UHGV virus genome: UHGV-0204614
Direction: 5' to 3' (one strand)
Origin: a virus
Length of the DNA stretch: 40,084 nucleotides
The notes beneath the pieces are model-generated. The model searched no databases. It had not been told where the DNA came from and was given only the letters and a program-made list of their open reading frames with translations. The translations under genes and the position numbers were made by a program. Below, piece by piece: positions 8,817 through 18,924 of this stretch. The first letter of the stretch is position 1, and each line of letters opens with the position of its first letter.

Positions 8817-9255
8817 AACGATAAACCGGTTGATTTCAGCTTTAGAAAAAGTAAGCCCCACAACAGTTGCACCGGTGCAACCTATCGCTCAGGTAACTCC
8901 CGCAGTGGCGGCACCAAGTACACCTTTAGTTGTAGAATCTACCCAGCCTGTAGTTTCTACTGCTGCTCCTGTACCGACTGCGCAAGCACCTGTGCAACAG
9001 CCTATTGCACAAACTCCTGTAGCGCAATCTGTTGCAGAGGTTCAACAGCCGGCGGCTATTCCTACCAGCCATGTAGCACAATCATACACTGTCGAGCAGC
9101 TGCAAATGGCAATGGCTCCGCTGGTTGACGCAGGCAAAATGGAAGAAATCAGGGGACTGCTTAACAGTTTTGGCGTGCCAAGCATTATGGACCTGCAGCC
9201 CGACCAGTACGGTGCTTTAGCTACAGCACTCAGGGGTATGGGGGCACAGATATGA
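8770..9255 (+). CDS. Hypothetical replication-module protein with P/Q/A/V-rich linker
   Basis: Low-complexity centre, compact C-terminal helical domain (LLNSFGVPSIMDLQPDQYGAL); typical position before DUF2800. Confidence 0.7.
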   Translation: MIPTTITLTLDDKAIETINRLISALEKVSPTTVAPVQPIAQVTPAVAAPSTPLVVESTQPVVSTAAPVPTAQAPVQQPIAQTPVAQSVAEVQQPAAIPTSHVAQSYTVEQLQMAMAPLVDAGKMEEIRGLLNSFGVPSIMDLQPDQYGALATALRGMGAQI

Positions 9256-10427
9256 GTAAGACGACAGTAAGTGCTCCGAAGGCTCACGCATTGCTTGGGG
9301 CGAGTTCTTCAGCAAGATGGCTTGCGTGCTCACCGTCTGCTCGTATGTGTGAGGATATACCGGAAGCAGAAAGTCCGTATGCCGCAGAGGGAACACTAGC
9401 GCATGAAATTTGTGAATTGAAGCTAACAAAGGCGTATACATTGGCTCTTGGTCCAAAAGCTTTTACGACTCGTCTTAATAAACTGAAAAAGCATGAACTG
9501 TATCAAGATGAGATGTTGAAGTGTGCAGATGTCTATTTGGACTACATTGATTCTATTATGCTAAGTTATCCGTCAACACCTCACATTGCAATTGAGCGCA
9601 GGGTTGACTACAGTACATATGTTCCGGAAGGATTTGGCACAGCCGACTGCATCATCGTATACGGAGATACTTTACATGTCGTTGACTATAAGCACGGCAA
9701 AGGTGTTCCGGTTTCTGCGGACCATAACCCCCAGATGATGTTATATGCGTTAGGAGCTTTAAATGCATATCAGTTGTTATACAGCATTCACACTATCAAG
9801 ATGTCGATAGTACAGCCTCGTCTTGACTCGATATCCGAGTGGGAAATTGGGTCAGAGGAACTGATCAAGTGGGGCAATGAGTTTGTAAAGCCCCGCGCGG
9901 AAAAAGCCTTTAAAGGTGAAGGCGATTGTGTGCCCGGTGAACATTGTAGATTCTGTAGGGCAAAAGCGGTTTGTAGAGCCCGCGCGGTTGCTAATCTGGA
10001 TTTAGCAAAGTACGCCTTTGTTGAGCCTGCCACGCTGTCCAATACAGAAATTGGAGAGATACTACAGCAGGCGCAAGACCTTGAGAAGTGGGCAAAAGAC
10101 GTAAAGGAATATGCACTTGATGAGGTACTAAAAGGAAACGCGGTCCCAGGGTGGAAAGCCGTAGAAGGACGTTCAACAAGGTCGTTTGTAGACACAGACA
10201 AGGCCTTTACCACTTTAACTGAAAATGGTATTGATGAAAGTCTACTTTATGAGCGTACACCACTGACGCTATCTAAAATTGAAACCATGCTAGGTAAAAG
10301 TAAGTTTGCCGAGCTGCTAACAGACCAAGTGGTTAAGAGTCCCGGCAAGCCCACAATTGTTCCGGAATCAGATAAGAGACAGCCGTTTAATATGACGAAT
10401 GCGCAACACGTATTTTCAAATAAATAA
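9252..10427 (+). CDS. DUF2800 Cas4-like PD-(D/E)XK nuclease
   Basis: HALLGASSSARWLAC, EGTLAHE, GFGTADC, VVDYKHGKG, QMMLYALG, C-terminal CRFC...C. Confidence 0.88.
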   Translation: MSKTTVSAPKAHALLGASSSARWLACSPSARMCEDIPEAESPYAAEGTLAHEICELKLTKAYTLALGPKAFTTRLNKLKKHELYQDEMLKCADVYLDYIDSIMLSYPSTPHIAIERRVDYSTYVPEGFGTADCIIVYGDTLHVVDYKHGKGVPVSADHNPQMMLYALGALNAYQLLYSIHTIKMSIVQPRLDSISEWEIGSEELIKWGNEFVKPRAEKAFKGEGDCVPGEHCRFCRAKAVCRARAVANLDLAKYAFVEPATLSNTEIGEILQQAQDLEKWAKDVKEYALDEVLKGNAVPGWKAVEGRSTRSFVDTDKAFTTLTENGIDESLLYERTPLTLSKIETMLGKSKFAELLTDQVVKSPGKPTIVPESDKRQPFNMTNAQHVFSNK

Positions 10428-10454
10428 TATAGAAATGAAAGAGGTATTTTAATT

Positions 10455-11171
10455 ATGGCACAAGTAGTAACAGGCAAAGTAAGATTCAGCTATTTAAACG
10501 CGTTTGAGCCACGATCAAACAACGGAGGGGAACCAAAGTATTCTGTAACTTTACTTATTCCAAAAACCGATGTAGCCACAAAGCAAGCAATCGACGCTGC
10601 TATTCAACAGACCTTACAAGATGGAATGATTTCTGTGTTTGCGGGTCAGATGCCTGCCAGACCAGCTATCCCGCTGTATGACGGTGATGGTGTGAGACCA
10701 AGCGGTGAGGAGTTTGGAGAAGAGGCAAAAGGTCACTGGGTGATTACAGCATCTAGCAAGCAACAACCCGGTATGGTAGACGCTTCTTTACAGCCAATTA
10801 TTAATCCAAACGCATTATATAGTGGGTGCTATGGTCGTGCAGACATTAACTTTTTCGCTTACAATGCGGCAGGTAAAAAGGGTGTAGGCTGTGGACTTAA
10901 TAACTTACAAAAACTAGAAGACGGAGAACCTCTATCCGGACGTAAGAGTGCACAAGAAGTGTTTGGATCGGCTCCTGTTGCACAGCAACCGGTTTCTTAT
11001 CAACAGCCGGTACAAGTCTCACCAGTCATGCAGCAACCTGCTCAGGCACCGCAGTACACTCATCCTACTCCAGTTACACAGCAGCCAGTGCAATACATAC
11101 AAGGTGAGATAGACCCAATTACAGGTCAACCAATTGTAATTGATCCGGTTACTGGACAGCGTGTGATGTAG
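10455..11171 (+). CDS. DUF2815 single-stranded DNA-binding protein
   Basis: VRFSY, KYSVTLLIPK, YSGCYGR, GVGCGLNNLQKLEDGEPL. Confidence 0.88.
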   Translation: MAQVVTGKVRFSYLNAFEPRSNNGGEPKYSVTLLIPKTDVATKQAIDAAIQQTLQDGMISVFAGQMPARPAIPLYDGDGVRPSGEEFGEEAKGHWVITASSKQQPGMVDASLQPIINPNALYSGCYGRADINFFAYNAAGKKGVGCGLNNLQKLEDGEPLSGRKSAQEVFGSAPVAQQPVSYQQPVQVSPVMQQPAQAPQYTHPTPVTQQPVQYIQGEIDPITGQPIVIDPVTGQRVM

Positions 11172-11172
11172 T

Positions 11173-13134
11173 ATGAACTGTTTATCTATCGATATAGAGA
11201 CGTACTCATCGGTGGATATTAGCAAAGCAGGACTGTACAAGTACGTGCAGTCCTTTGATTTTGCCATATTACTCTTCGCCTACTCTGTTGACGGCGGTCC
11301 TGTACAAATCGTGGATTTGGCACAAGGCGAAGAAATTCCACCTGATATCATAGCGGCTTTAGGAGATATCAACGTTACCAAGTACGCATATAATGCTGCT
11401 TTTGAGCAGTATTGCTTATCAAAGTATTACACAACCCCTATTTATCAGTGGCGCTGTACCATGGTGCAGGGCTTGTACTGTGGTTATCCTGCGGGGCTTT
11501 CCGCGGTTGGTGAAGCTCTGGGACTAAGCGAAGATAAGCGAAAACTTACCACCGGTAAAGCGCTCATACGATACTTTTGTGTGCCGTGCAAGCCTACAAA
11601 AACAAACGGCGGCCGAACACGAAATCTCCCTCATCACGAGCCTGAAAAATGGGAGCTTTTTAAGGAGTACTGTAAGCAGGACGTTGTAACCGAAATGGCG
11701 GTAAAAAACCATCTGCATCATGAGCTTCCTATATCAGAGCAAATGCTTTGGATAATCGACCAGCATATTAACTCTGGTGGCGTGAGAGTAGATGTGGACC
11801 TGATACAAGGTGCTTTGTCCATAGATGAAGAAATCACAACGGAGCTTACAGACAGAGCAAGAGCCATTACGGGGCTGGATAATCCAAACAGCATACCACA
11901 GCTTAAGCAGTGGGTGGAAGATCAGACGGGAACGCCCGTTGACTCACTTAACAAGGCGGATTTACAGCAAATTATTGACACCTGTGGCGACCCTGCTGTT
12001 GCTTCTGTACTAAAGATACGTCAAGAACTTGGTAAAACAAGCGTAGCTAAGTACCGTACTATGAACACTGCTGTGTGTACAGACGGTCGAGTACGAGGAC
12101 TATTACAGTTTTACGGAGCCAACCGCACGGGGCGTTGGGCTGGCAGACTGGTGCAAGTGCAAAATTTACCGCGTAACTATTTAGAGACTTTAGATATTGC
12201 TCGTGATTTAGTCAAAACAGGTAACACCGAGGGTGTCAAGATACTATACGGCAACGTACCTGATACCATATCACAGCTAATCCGTACAGCGTTTATACCA
12301 GAGAACAATCATCATTTTTTAGTTGCTGACTTTTCAGCTATTGAAGCAAGGGTGATTGCATGGTTGGCGCAGGAACACTGGCGACTAGATGTATTTAACA
12401 CCCACGGAAAGATTTATGAAGCATCAGCGTCGGCGATGTTTGGTGTTCCGGTAGAGCGCATAGCAAAAGGTAATCCTGAGTATGCGCTGCGTGCAAAAGG
12501 TAAAGTCGCAGAGCTGGCTCTTGGTTACCAAGGTGCCGCCGGTGCTCTTATTAATATGGGCGCACTTAATATGGGTCTTAGTGAAGAAGAATTGCCGGAC
12601 ATCGTACAGCGTTGGCGATCCTCAAATAAACGTATAGTCGATATGTGGTATACGCTGGAAAATATGGCTCTTCACTGTATAGAGTACGGAGAAAGCAATG
12701 CCCTGCCAAGTGGGATTGCCATGACAAGAGACGAAAAAACATTAACGGTTACTTTGCCAAGCGGCAGACAGCTCTTTTACATAGAGCCAAGAGTTGTAAT
12801 AGGTGATAACGGCCGTAAACAGATATGGTATTACGGTACCAATCAAACAACCAGAAAGTGGGAGCTTATCCAGACATACGGAGGAAAGCTCACTGAAAAT
12901 ATCGTGCAAGCTGTAGCAAGAGACTGCTTAGCTTACAGCATGCACAGCTTATATAAAGCAGGGTACAAAATGGTCATGCATATTCACGACGAAGTGGTGA
13001 TTGAAGCTCCGCTTGCAGACCCGACTCATACTTTGGATAACGCAATCAGCGTTATGTGTACACCTGCACCATGGGCTAAGGGACTTCCTTTAAATGCCGA
13101 TGGATTTACAACCAATTACTATAAAAAAGATTAG
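11173..13134 (+). CDS. polA: Phage family A DNA polymerase with 3'-5' exonuclease
   Basis: DIETYS exo I, RTGRWAG, DFSAIEARV (motif A), KVAELALGY (motif B), HIHDE (motif C). Confidence 0.95.
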   Translation: MNCLSIDIETYSSVDISKAGLYKYVQSFDFAILLFAYSVDGGPVQIVDLAQGEEIPPDIIAALGDINVTKYAYNAAFEQYCLSKYYTTPIYQWRCTMVQGLYCGYPAGLSAVGEALGLSEDKRKLTTGKALIRYFCVPCKPTKTNGGRTRNLPHHEPEKWELFKEYCKQDVVTEMAVKNHLHHELPISEQMLWIIDQHINSGGVRVDVDLIQGALSIDEEITTELTDRARAITGLDNPNSIPQLKQWVEDQTGTPVDSLNKADLQQIIDTCGDPAVASVLKIRQELGKTSVAKYRTMNTAVCTDGRVRGLLQFYGANRTGRWAGRLVQVQNLPRNYLETLDIARDLVKTGNTEGVKILYGNVPDTISQLIRTAFIPENNHHFLVADFSAIEARVIAWLAQEHWRLDVFNTHGKIYEASASAMFGVPVERIAKGNPEYALRAKGKVAELALGYQGAAGALINMGALNMGLSEEELPDIVQRWRSSNKRIVDMWYTLENMALHCIEYGESNALPSGIAMTRDEKTLTVTLPSGRQLFYIEPRVVIGDNGRKQIWYYGTNQTTRKWELIQTYGGKLTENIVQAVARDCLAYSMHSLYKAGYKMVMHIHDEVVIEAPLADPTHTLDNAISVMCTPAPWAKGLPLNADGFTTNYYKKD

Positions 13135-13145
13135 GAGTAGCGGAT

Positions 13146-15560
13146 ATGACCAATGACAAAATTATCATTATATCTACGGGTCAAAGCCGCAAAGCGACAC
13201 ATTGGTATCCTCAAACGCTGCTGTGGAGCGATTTTGTGCAAAAACTTTCTGTACCGGTAAAAACAAGTGAAAGCTATGACGACTATATTCATCTGCCAAA
13301 GTCACAGCAAGATGACCTGAAAGACGTAGGCGGTTTTGTAGGAGGAACTCTTAAGGATAACCGACGTAGTAGCACTTCTGTTATCGACCGCCATATTGTA
13401 ACGCTGGACGCAGACAGTATCCCGGCGGGAGAAACACAAACTGTCATCAACAAGGTGGCGTCATTAGGATGTGCTTTTGCGATTTACTCAACCAGAAAAC
13501 ACTCAAGTGCTACCCCTAGGCTGCGTATTATTTTACCGTTAGACCGACCTGCGTCGGCAGACGAGTATGAGCCGGTTGCACGAAAACTTGCAGGGTATAT
13601 CGGATTAGACTACATGGACCCTACCACGTTTCAAGCGTCACGCTTGATGTACTGGCCCAGTATCTCGCAAGACGGGGAGTATGTGCATACCTATGAGGAT
13701 AAGCCGTGGTGCAGCGTTGATGGTATCCTCGGTCAGTACTCAGACTGGCATGACCAAACACAGTGGCCACAGGTACCGGGAGAAGCTGCCATTCCAACAA
13801 AGTCAGCTAAAAAGCAAGGTGACCCACTGCAAAAGACAGGCATCGTTGGTGCTTTCTGCAAGACGTATAACATCGAGCAGGCAATCGCTGTGTTCTTAGA
13901 CGATGTGTACACACCTTGTGTCAATGGTAGATATACCTACACAGAAGGTTCAACCGTTGGTGGCGCAGTTCTGTATCAAGATGGAAATTTCTTGTACAGT
14001 AACCACGCTACGGACCCGTGCAGTGGCAAGCTCGTTAACTCTTTTGACCTTGTAAGACTACATAAGTTCGGAGAACTGGACTATGACGCAGCGCCAGGTA
14101 CGCCTACTGTGTCGCTGCCTTCATACAAGCAGATGATCGAGTTTGCTACATCTGACCCCGACGTTACAACACTTCTTACCAGAGAAAAGTACGAGACTGC
14201 GGCGGCGTCTTTTGATGCAGTACCTGTTTTTGATTTAGATGCATCAGGCGACTGGCTCGGCAAAATCAAAGTTAACGGAAAGGGAGAACCCCTCCGTACA
14301 ATCGACAACATCTTACTTATCCTTAACAACGACCCAAAACTTGCAGGAAAAATTGTATTTGATAAGTTCGCAAACCGTGTGGCCATTACAGGTAATTTAC
14401 CGTGGCGCGAATGCAAAAGCAAGCGCTTTAGCGATACCTGCTGGCGTGATACGGATGACTCAGGACTGAGGTACTACTTAGAGTGTACATATGGTATTAC
14501 AGGCAAGGATAAGATTTTCGACGGCTTTGCACTTTGTGCAGAAGCACACTCCATACACAGAGTAAAGAACTACCTGCAGTCTTTATGCTGGGATGGTGTA
14601 AAGCGTATCGATTCTTTGCTCATAGACTATCTGGGCGCACAGGATAGCCTGTATACACGAGAAGCATGTCGCAAGACACTAATTGCCGCCGTGGCTCGCA
14701 TCATGCAGCCTGGAGTGAAGTTCGATAACATTTTGATTCTGGCAGGTAAGCAAGGGGCTGGTAAGTCCACATTCGCAAAGGTTCTTGGCGGCGAGTGGCA
14801 TAACGACTCTTTACATGATTTTAGAGGGAAAGAAGCCTGCGAACAGATACAAGGATATTGGATCGTCGAACTGGGAGAGCTTACGGGTTTTAGCAAGGCT
14901 GAATCTAATGAAATTAAGCAGTTTGTTAGCCGACAAGAAGATGTATACAGAGAGCCTTATGGCAGACGTACAGGCTCTTTTCCAAGACAGTGCATTTTTA
15001 TTGGTACGACTAATGACAATCACTTTCTAAGAGACTTGACGGGAAACAGGCGTTTCTGGCCGGTTGATATTGGTATCGTAGAGCCTACAAAAGATATATT
15101 CACACAGCTTGTCCTTGAACGGGACCAGATATGGGCAGAGGCAGTTGCCGCATATATGTTGGGAGAATCGCTATGCTTAAGCAAAGTGGCAAATTCAGAA
15201 GCAGTAGATGCACAAGAAAGTCACTCAGAGATTAATCCAAAAGTAGGTGTCATAGCCGAGTTTCTGGAACGGAAGATACCGTCAGACTGGTATAGCCGTG
15301 ATTTGGCTGCCCGGCGGGCTTATTGGGGCATGGGTGCCAAGAGCTCAGAGGGCTTGATGGAGCGAGACCGTATATGTGCAGCAGAGATATGGTGTGAGTG
15401 CTTTTTAGGAGATATCAAAGCAATGAAACGTTCAGATTCTATGGAGATTAATAGCATTTTATCGGCGATTCCAGGATGGCAGAGAAACTCAAAACCCTTT
15501 GATTTTAAGGCCAGTTACGGCAGACAACGATGTTTTATAAAACAACAAAGTCCATTATGA
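13146..15560 (+). CDS. Primase-helicase with VapE (virulence-associated E) P-loop domain
   Basis: N-terminal LDAD / STRKH / PRLRIILPL primase-like region; Walker A GKQGAGKST, IVELGEL, FIGTTN, GNRRFWP. Confidence 0.9.
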   Translation: MTNDKIIIISTGQSRKATHWYPQTLLWSDFVQKLSVPVKTSESYDDYIHLPKSQQDDLKDVGGFVGGTLKDNRRSSTSVIDRHIVTLDADSIPAGETQTVINKVASLGCAFAIYSTRKHSSATPRLRIILPLDRPASADEYEPVARKLAGYIGLDYMDPTTFQASRLMYWPSISQDGEYVHTYEDKPWCSVDGILGQYSDWHDQTQWPQVPGEAAIPTKSAKKQGDPLQKTGIVGAFCKTYNIEQAIAVFLDDVYTPCVNGRYTYTEGSTVGGAVLYQDGNFLYSNHATDPCSGKLVNSFDLVRLHKFGELDYDAAPGTPTVSLPSYKQMIEFATSDPDVTTLLTREKYETAAASFDAVPVFDLDASGDWLGKIKVNGKGEPLRTIDNILLILNNDPKLAGKIVFDKFANRVAITGNLPWRECKSKRFSDTCWRDTDDSGLRYYLECTYGITGKDKIFDGFALCAEAHSIHRVKNYLQSLCWDGVKRIDSLLIDYLGAQDSLYTREACRKTLIAAVARIMQPGVKFDNILILAGKQGAGKSTFAKVLGGEWHNDSLHDFRGKEACEQIQGYWIVELGELTGFSKAESNEIKQFVSRQEDVYREPYGRRTGSFPRQCIFIGTTNDNHFLRDLTGNRRFWPVDIGIVEPTKDIFTQLVLERDQIWAEAVAAYMLGESLCLSKVANSEAVDAQESHSEINPKVGVIAEFLERKIPSDWYSRDLAARRAYWGMGAKSSEGLMERDRICAAEIWCECFLGDIKAMKRSDSMEINSILSAIPGWQRNSKPFDFKASYGRQRCFIKQQSPL

Positions 15561-15810
15561 TGTGTACAAAATATGCGTTTGTGAAAAATTTAACGAACAA
15601 ACGTAACAAAGATGTAACAAAGAAAACAACACTTTGTTCACTGAAAAAGCACGCATCTACGTCGTTTAACGGGTATTGTAACAAAAGTAACAAACTTTTT
15701 ATATAAATATATATAAAATAAGAGAAATACACGTATATACTCTATAAACTCTATAATCGCGTATATTTAAAGGAAAACTTTGTGTTTTTTGTTACTTTGT
15801 ACACCTGTTA
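15561..15810. repeat. Putative replication origin: GTAACAAA iterons around an AT-rich core
   Basis: GTAACAAA at 15603, 15614, 15678, 15687; inverted TTTGTTAC at 15788; AT-rich 15696-15780. Confidence 0.6.
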
Positions 15811-15829
15811 TTTTGAAGGAGGTTTAAAT

Positions 15830-16138
15830 GTGTTAGAAAAAGAGATTGAAAAAAAGTTGATTAGTCAAGCCAAGCAAAGATTTGGTAAGGCGTATAAGTT
15901 TGTGTCGCCGGGGAATAGCGGAGTACCAGACAGGATCATAGTTCTTCCGGGAGGGAAGATTGGTTTTTGTGAGCTTAAGAGACCCAGGGGTAAAACATCT
16001 AAACTACAAGGTGTCCAGATTGAAAAACTGAAAAGTCTAGGATGTTTTGTCAGAGTTGTTGACAGCTACGAAGGTGTGTCAGATTTTTTAGACGACTTGG
16101 AGAGGCAGGATTTAAATGCAGACATTCACACCACATAA
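15830..16138 (+). CDS. VRR-NUC domain nuclease
   Basis: EKEIE, FVSPGNSGVPDR, ELKRP, LQ motif; GTG start after GGAGG. Confidence 0.9.
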   Translation: MLEKEIEKKLISQAKQRFGKAYKFVSPGNSGVPDRIIVLPGGKIGFCELKRPRGKTSKLQGVQIEKLKSLGCFVRVVDSYEGVSDFLDDLERQDLNADIHTT

Positions 16139-17513
16139 CTATCAAAAGTACTGCATTCAAAGAGCCGTGTCTGACGATAAGTTGGGATTGCTGCTTGACA
16201 TGGGGCTGGGAAAAACGGTCATCACGCTTTCAGCCGTGAAAGATCTAAGATACAACCGTTTTGAGATTAGTAAAACTTTGGTCATTGCCCCTAAAAAGGT
16301 GGCAGAGGATACGTGGGCAAAGGAACGCGACAAGTGGGAGCACACACGTCTAATAAGGGTTTCCATTTGCTTGGGGACGGCACAAAAGCGGATTAAGGCA
16401 TTGAACACCCCGGCAGATATATACGTCATCAATCGTGAAAATGTGCCTTGGCTAGTAGAGTATTATCGTAATTCGTGGCCTTTTGACATGGTGGTAATAG
16501 ATGAACTGAGCAGCTTTAAAAATTCACAGTCAAAAAGGTTTAAAGCTTTGAAAAAGATACGACCACGTATCAAACGCATTATAGGGCTAACTGGTACGCC
16601 ATCGCCTAACGGACTTCTTGACTTATGGGCACAGGTGTATCTATTGGACCAAGGCGAAAGGCTCGGAAAAACGATCACCGAGTACCGCGAGAGATATTTT
16701 GTGCCGGACAAGCGTAGTGCTGAAAGAGTTTTTACATATCGCCTGAAAGACGGAGCAGAGGACGAGATAAAAAGTAGAATATCTGATATCTGTATTAGCT
16801 TACAGGCAAAAGACTATTTGGAACTTCCACCGCGCATAGATGATATACGGTATGTGAAGCTGGATAGTAAAGCACAGAAGCAGTACGACCAGATGGAAAA
16901 AGATATGCTGTTGCAGGTAGACGAAGATATGATTGACGCGCAGTCAGCAGCAGTCTTATATGGAAAGTTGTTGCAAATGTGTAACGGTGCCATTTACGGA
17001 GAAAACAGAAAAATCATAGAGCTGCACGACTGTAAGTTGGAGGCGTTCAGTGAACTTGTTGACGCATTAAATGGCAAATCGATGCTGGTGTTTTACAACT
17101 TTCAGCATGATCGTGACAGAATTAAAACACTATTGGCGAAAGATAAATTACGAGTAGGTGATTTGAAAACGCCAGACGATATAACGCGGTGGAATAACAA
17201 AGAACTCGACGTGTTATTGGCGCATCCTGCATCTGCAGCATATGGACTTAACTTACAAGCGGGTGGTAGCCATGTTGTGTGGTTCGGTCTTAATTGGAGC
17301 CTAGAGCTATACCAACAAGCTAATGCCAGATTGCACCGACAAGGACAAACAGAACCAGTTTATATACACCACTTAGTTGTAGACGGTGGCATGGACCAAA
17401 CGGTTATGGCGGCACTTGAAGCAAAAGCGGATGTACAAGATACATTATTACAAGCACTGAAAGCTAAAATATCAAAATACAAAGGAGGAAATACAATAGG
17501 TGGAACTTCTTGA
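16116..17513 (+). CDS. SNF2-family helicase
   Basis: DMGLGKT, VIDELS, GLTGTP, GLNLQ, QANARLHRQGQ. Confidence 0.93.
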   Translation: MQTFTPHNYQKYCIQRAVSDDKLGLLLDMGLGKTVITLSAVKDLRYNRFEISKTLVIAPKKVAEDTWAKERDKWEHTRLIRVSICLGTAQKRIKALNTPADIYVINRENVPWLVEYYRNSWPFDMVVIDELSSFKNSQSKRFKALKKIRPRIKRIIGLTGTPSPNGLLDLWAQVYLLDQGERLGKTITEYRERYFVPDKRSAERVFTYRLKDGAEDEIKSRISDICISLQAKDYLELPPRIDDIRYVKLDSKAQKQYDQMEKDMLLQVDEDMIDAQSAAVLYGKLLQMCNGAIYGENRKIIELHDCKLEAFSELVDALNGKSMLVFYNFQHDRDRIKTLLAKDKLRVGDLKTPDDITRWNNKELDVLLAHPASAAYGLNLQAGGSHVVWFGLNWSLELYQQANARLHRQGQTEPVYIHHLVVDGGMDQTVMAALEAKADVQDTLLQALKAKISKYKGGNTIGGTS

Positions 17514-17697
17514 GAAAACAGTGGAACAAACAAATAGGAAAATAGAAAAGTGGACTGCATTATATAAATCGTGTCGGGCTGATAGCTGCGGAGAGATATA
17601 TGCAAAACAAAAAGTTGAGCAGTACAACCTTATTTTGAAAGCCTTAATGCAATTTAAACAGGAGGAGACGTTAAATGACTGTGGAAGAAAGAGATAA
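17500..17697 (+). CDS. Hypothetical protein
   Basis: RBS GGAGG, overlap coupling with neighbours. Confidence 0.6.
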   Translation: MELLEKTVEQTNRKIEKWTALYKSCRADSCGEIYAKQKVEQYNLILKALMQFKQEETLNDCGRKR

Positions 17698-17989
17698 AAC
17701 CATACGTATAACGATTGACAAGTGTATGCGAGTTTTAAAAGAAAAAGCAGAGGGATACTCAACGGATGAGGACGTGCTACATAACTTTAGAGTAGCGGCA
17801 GGACTACAGGGGTGTAGCGTGACACAGGCTCTTGCAGGGATGATGACGAAACATACAGTTAGTGTATACGACATGATTAATAGCGGGCAAAGCTATGCAC
17901 CGGCTGTCTGGGATGAAAAGATTGGAGACCTTATAAACTACTTACTGCTACTAAGAGTTGCAGTTAAAGGGTGCGGTTTAGAAGAGTAA
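17675..17989 (+). CDS. Helical protein resembling DUF1599/Nmad1 nucleotide-modification-associated domain
   Basis: KxxxY...NF...KH...D...EKIGDLINYLLLL pattern. Confidence 0.5.
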   Translation: MTVEERDKTIRITIDKCMRVLKEKAEGYSTDEDVLHNFRVAAGLQGCSVTQALAGMMTKHTVSVYDMINSGQSYAPAVWDEKIGDLINYLLLLRVAVKGCGLEE

Positions 17990-18003
17990 AGGAGAGCATA
18001 AGC

Positions 18004-18192
18004 ATGACAGTAGAACAAGAACTAAGAGCACTAAGAAATTTTTATAACATGACACTTCCGGAACTTGCTGATAAGTCAGGCGTATCTGCTAATACCATTC
18101 GCAAAATGGAAAGAGGCGAAAGGGTAAAGCTAGATGTGTTGGAGCTTATCGCAGAAGCACTTGGAAAGAGAATAAAAGTGACATTGGAGTAA
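18004..18192 (+). CDS. XRE-family HTH protein
   Basis: LPELADKSGVSANTIRKMERG...IAEALG. Confidence 0.85.
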   Translation: MTVEQELRALRNFYNMTLPELADKSGVSANTIRKMERGERVKLDVLELIAEALGKRIKVTLE

Positions 18193-18196
18193 AAAG

Positions 18197-18733
18197 ATGA
18201 TTTTATCAGGAAAAGAAATAGAGAAAGAGGTCAGGAATGGCAATATCAAAATAGAGCCGTTTGATAGAAGTAAAATAAATCCTAATAGCTATAACTTAAC
18301 TCTAAGTGATGAGCTGGTTGTTTACAAAAATAAAACTTTAGACATGAAAGAAAATAATCCAACAGCCCGACTGATCATACCGAAAGAAGGTTTGTTGCTG
18401 CAGCCGGGACGAGTATATCTTGCCAGAACTGTTGAGAGGACTTTTACAGATAAATATGTTCCTATGTTAGAAGGGCGTTCTTCTGTTGGTAGACTGGGAA
18501 TATCGGTGCATGTCACTGCAGGTTTTGGTGATATCGGGTTTAATGGACATTGGACACTAGAAATCACGGTGGAGCAGCCAACAGCGATTTATCCAGATGT
18601 AGAAATATGCCAAATTTACTACCACACCATAAAAGGCGACTATGATTTATATAGCAGTGGGAAGTATCAGAATAATACGGGGATTCAATCGAGCTTGATG
18701 TACAAGGATTTTAGGAGGATAAACAAATGCTAA
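18197..18733 (+). CDS. dcd: dCTP deaminase (possibly bifunctional Dcd-dUTPase)
   Basis: MILS, INPNSYNLTL, EGRSSVGRLG, TAGFGDIGFNGHWTLEI, GKYQ. Confidence 0.92.
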   Translation: MILSGKEIEKEVRNGNIKIEPFDRSKINPNSYNLTLSDELVVYKNKTLDMKENNPTARLIIPKEGLLLQPGRVYLARTVERTFTDKYVPMLEGRSSVGRLGISVHVTAGFGDIGFNGHWTLEITVEQPTAIYPDVEICQIYYHTIKGDYDLYSSGKYQNNTGIQSSLMYKDFRRINKC

Positions 18734-18897
18734 TTGAAACTAAGCGAGTAAAAAATTATTGTTCTACATACAAAACCATAATCTTGATTGATAAAGATCC
18801 GTTTTGTGTTTGTAACAGTAATAGAAGTGCACATGAAGTAATAAAGCGACTATTAGGTGGAGAAATTGAACTGAAAGATAAAAAGATAAAAAGATAA
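18727..18897 (+). CDS. Small hypothetical protein (56 aa) ending inside an 8-bp tandem repeat, not in ORF track
   Basis: ATG after AGGAGG overlapping dcd stop; stop TAA falls in third AAAGATAA unit. Confidence 0.55.
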   Translation: MLIETKRVKNYCSTYKTIILIDKDPFCVCNSNRSAHEVIKRLLGGEIELKDKKIKR

Positions 18898-18924
18898 AAA
18901 AATTAATTGAACGGAGGAATGGAA

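Noticed and set aside
9252..10427. Cas4-like gene as sign of a CRISPR system
   Set aside because: It is the DUF2800 nuclease of the standard SSB-PolA replication module; no cas genes or array present
13146..15560. VapE as a virulence factor
   Set aside because: Domain name is historical; context and motifs indicate a primase-helicase
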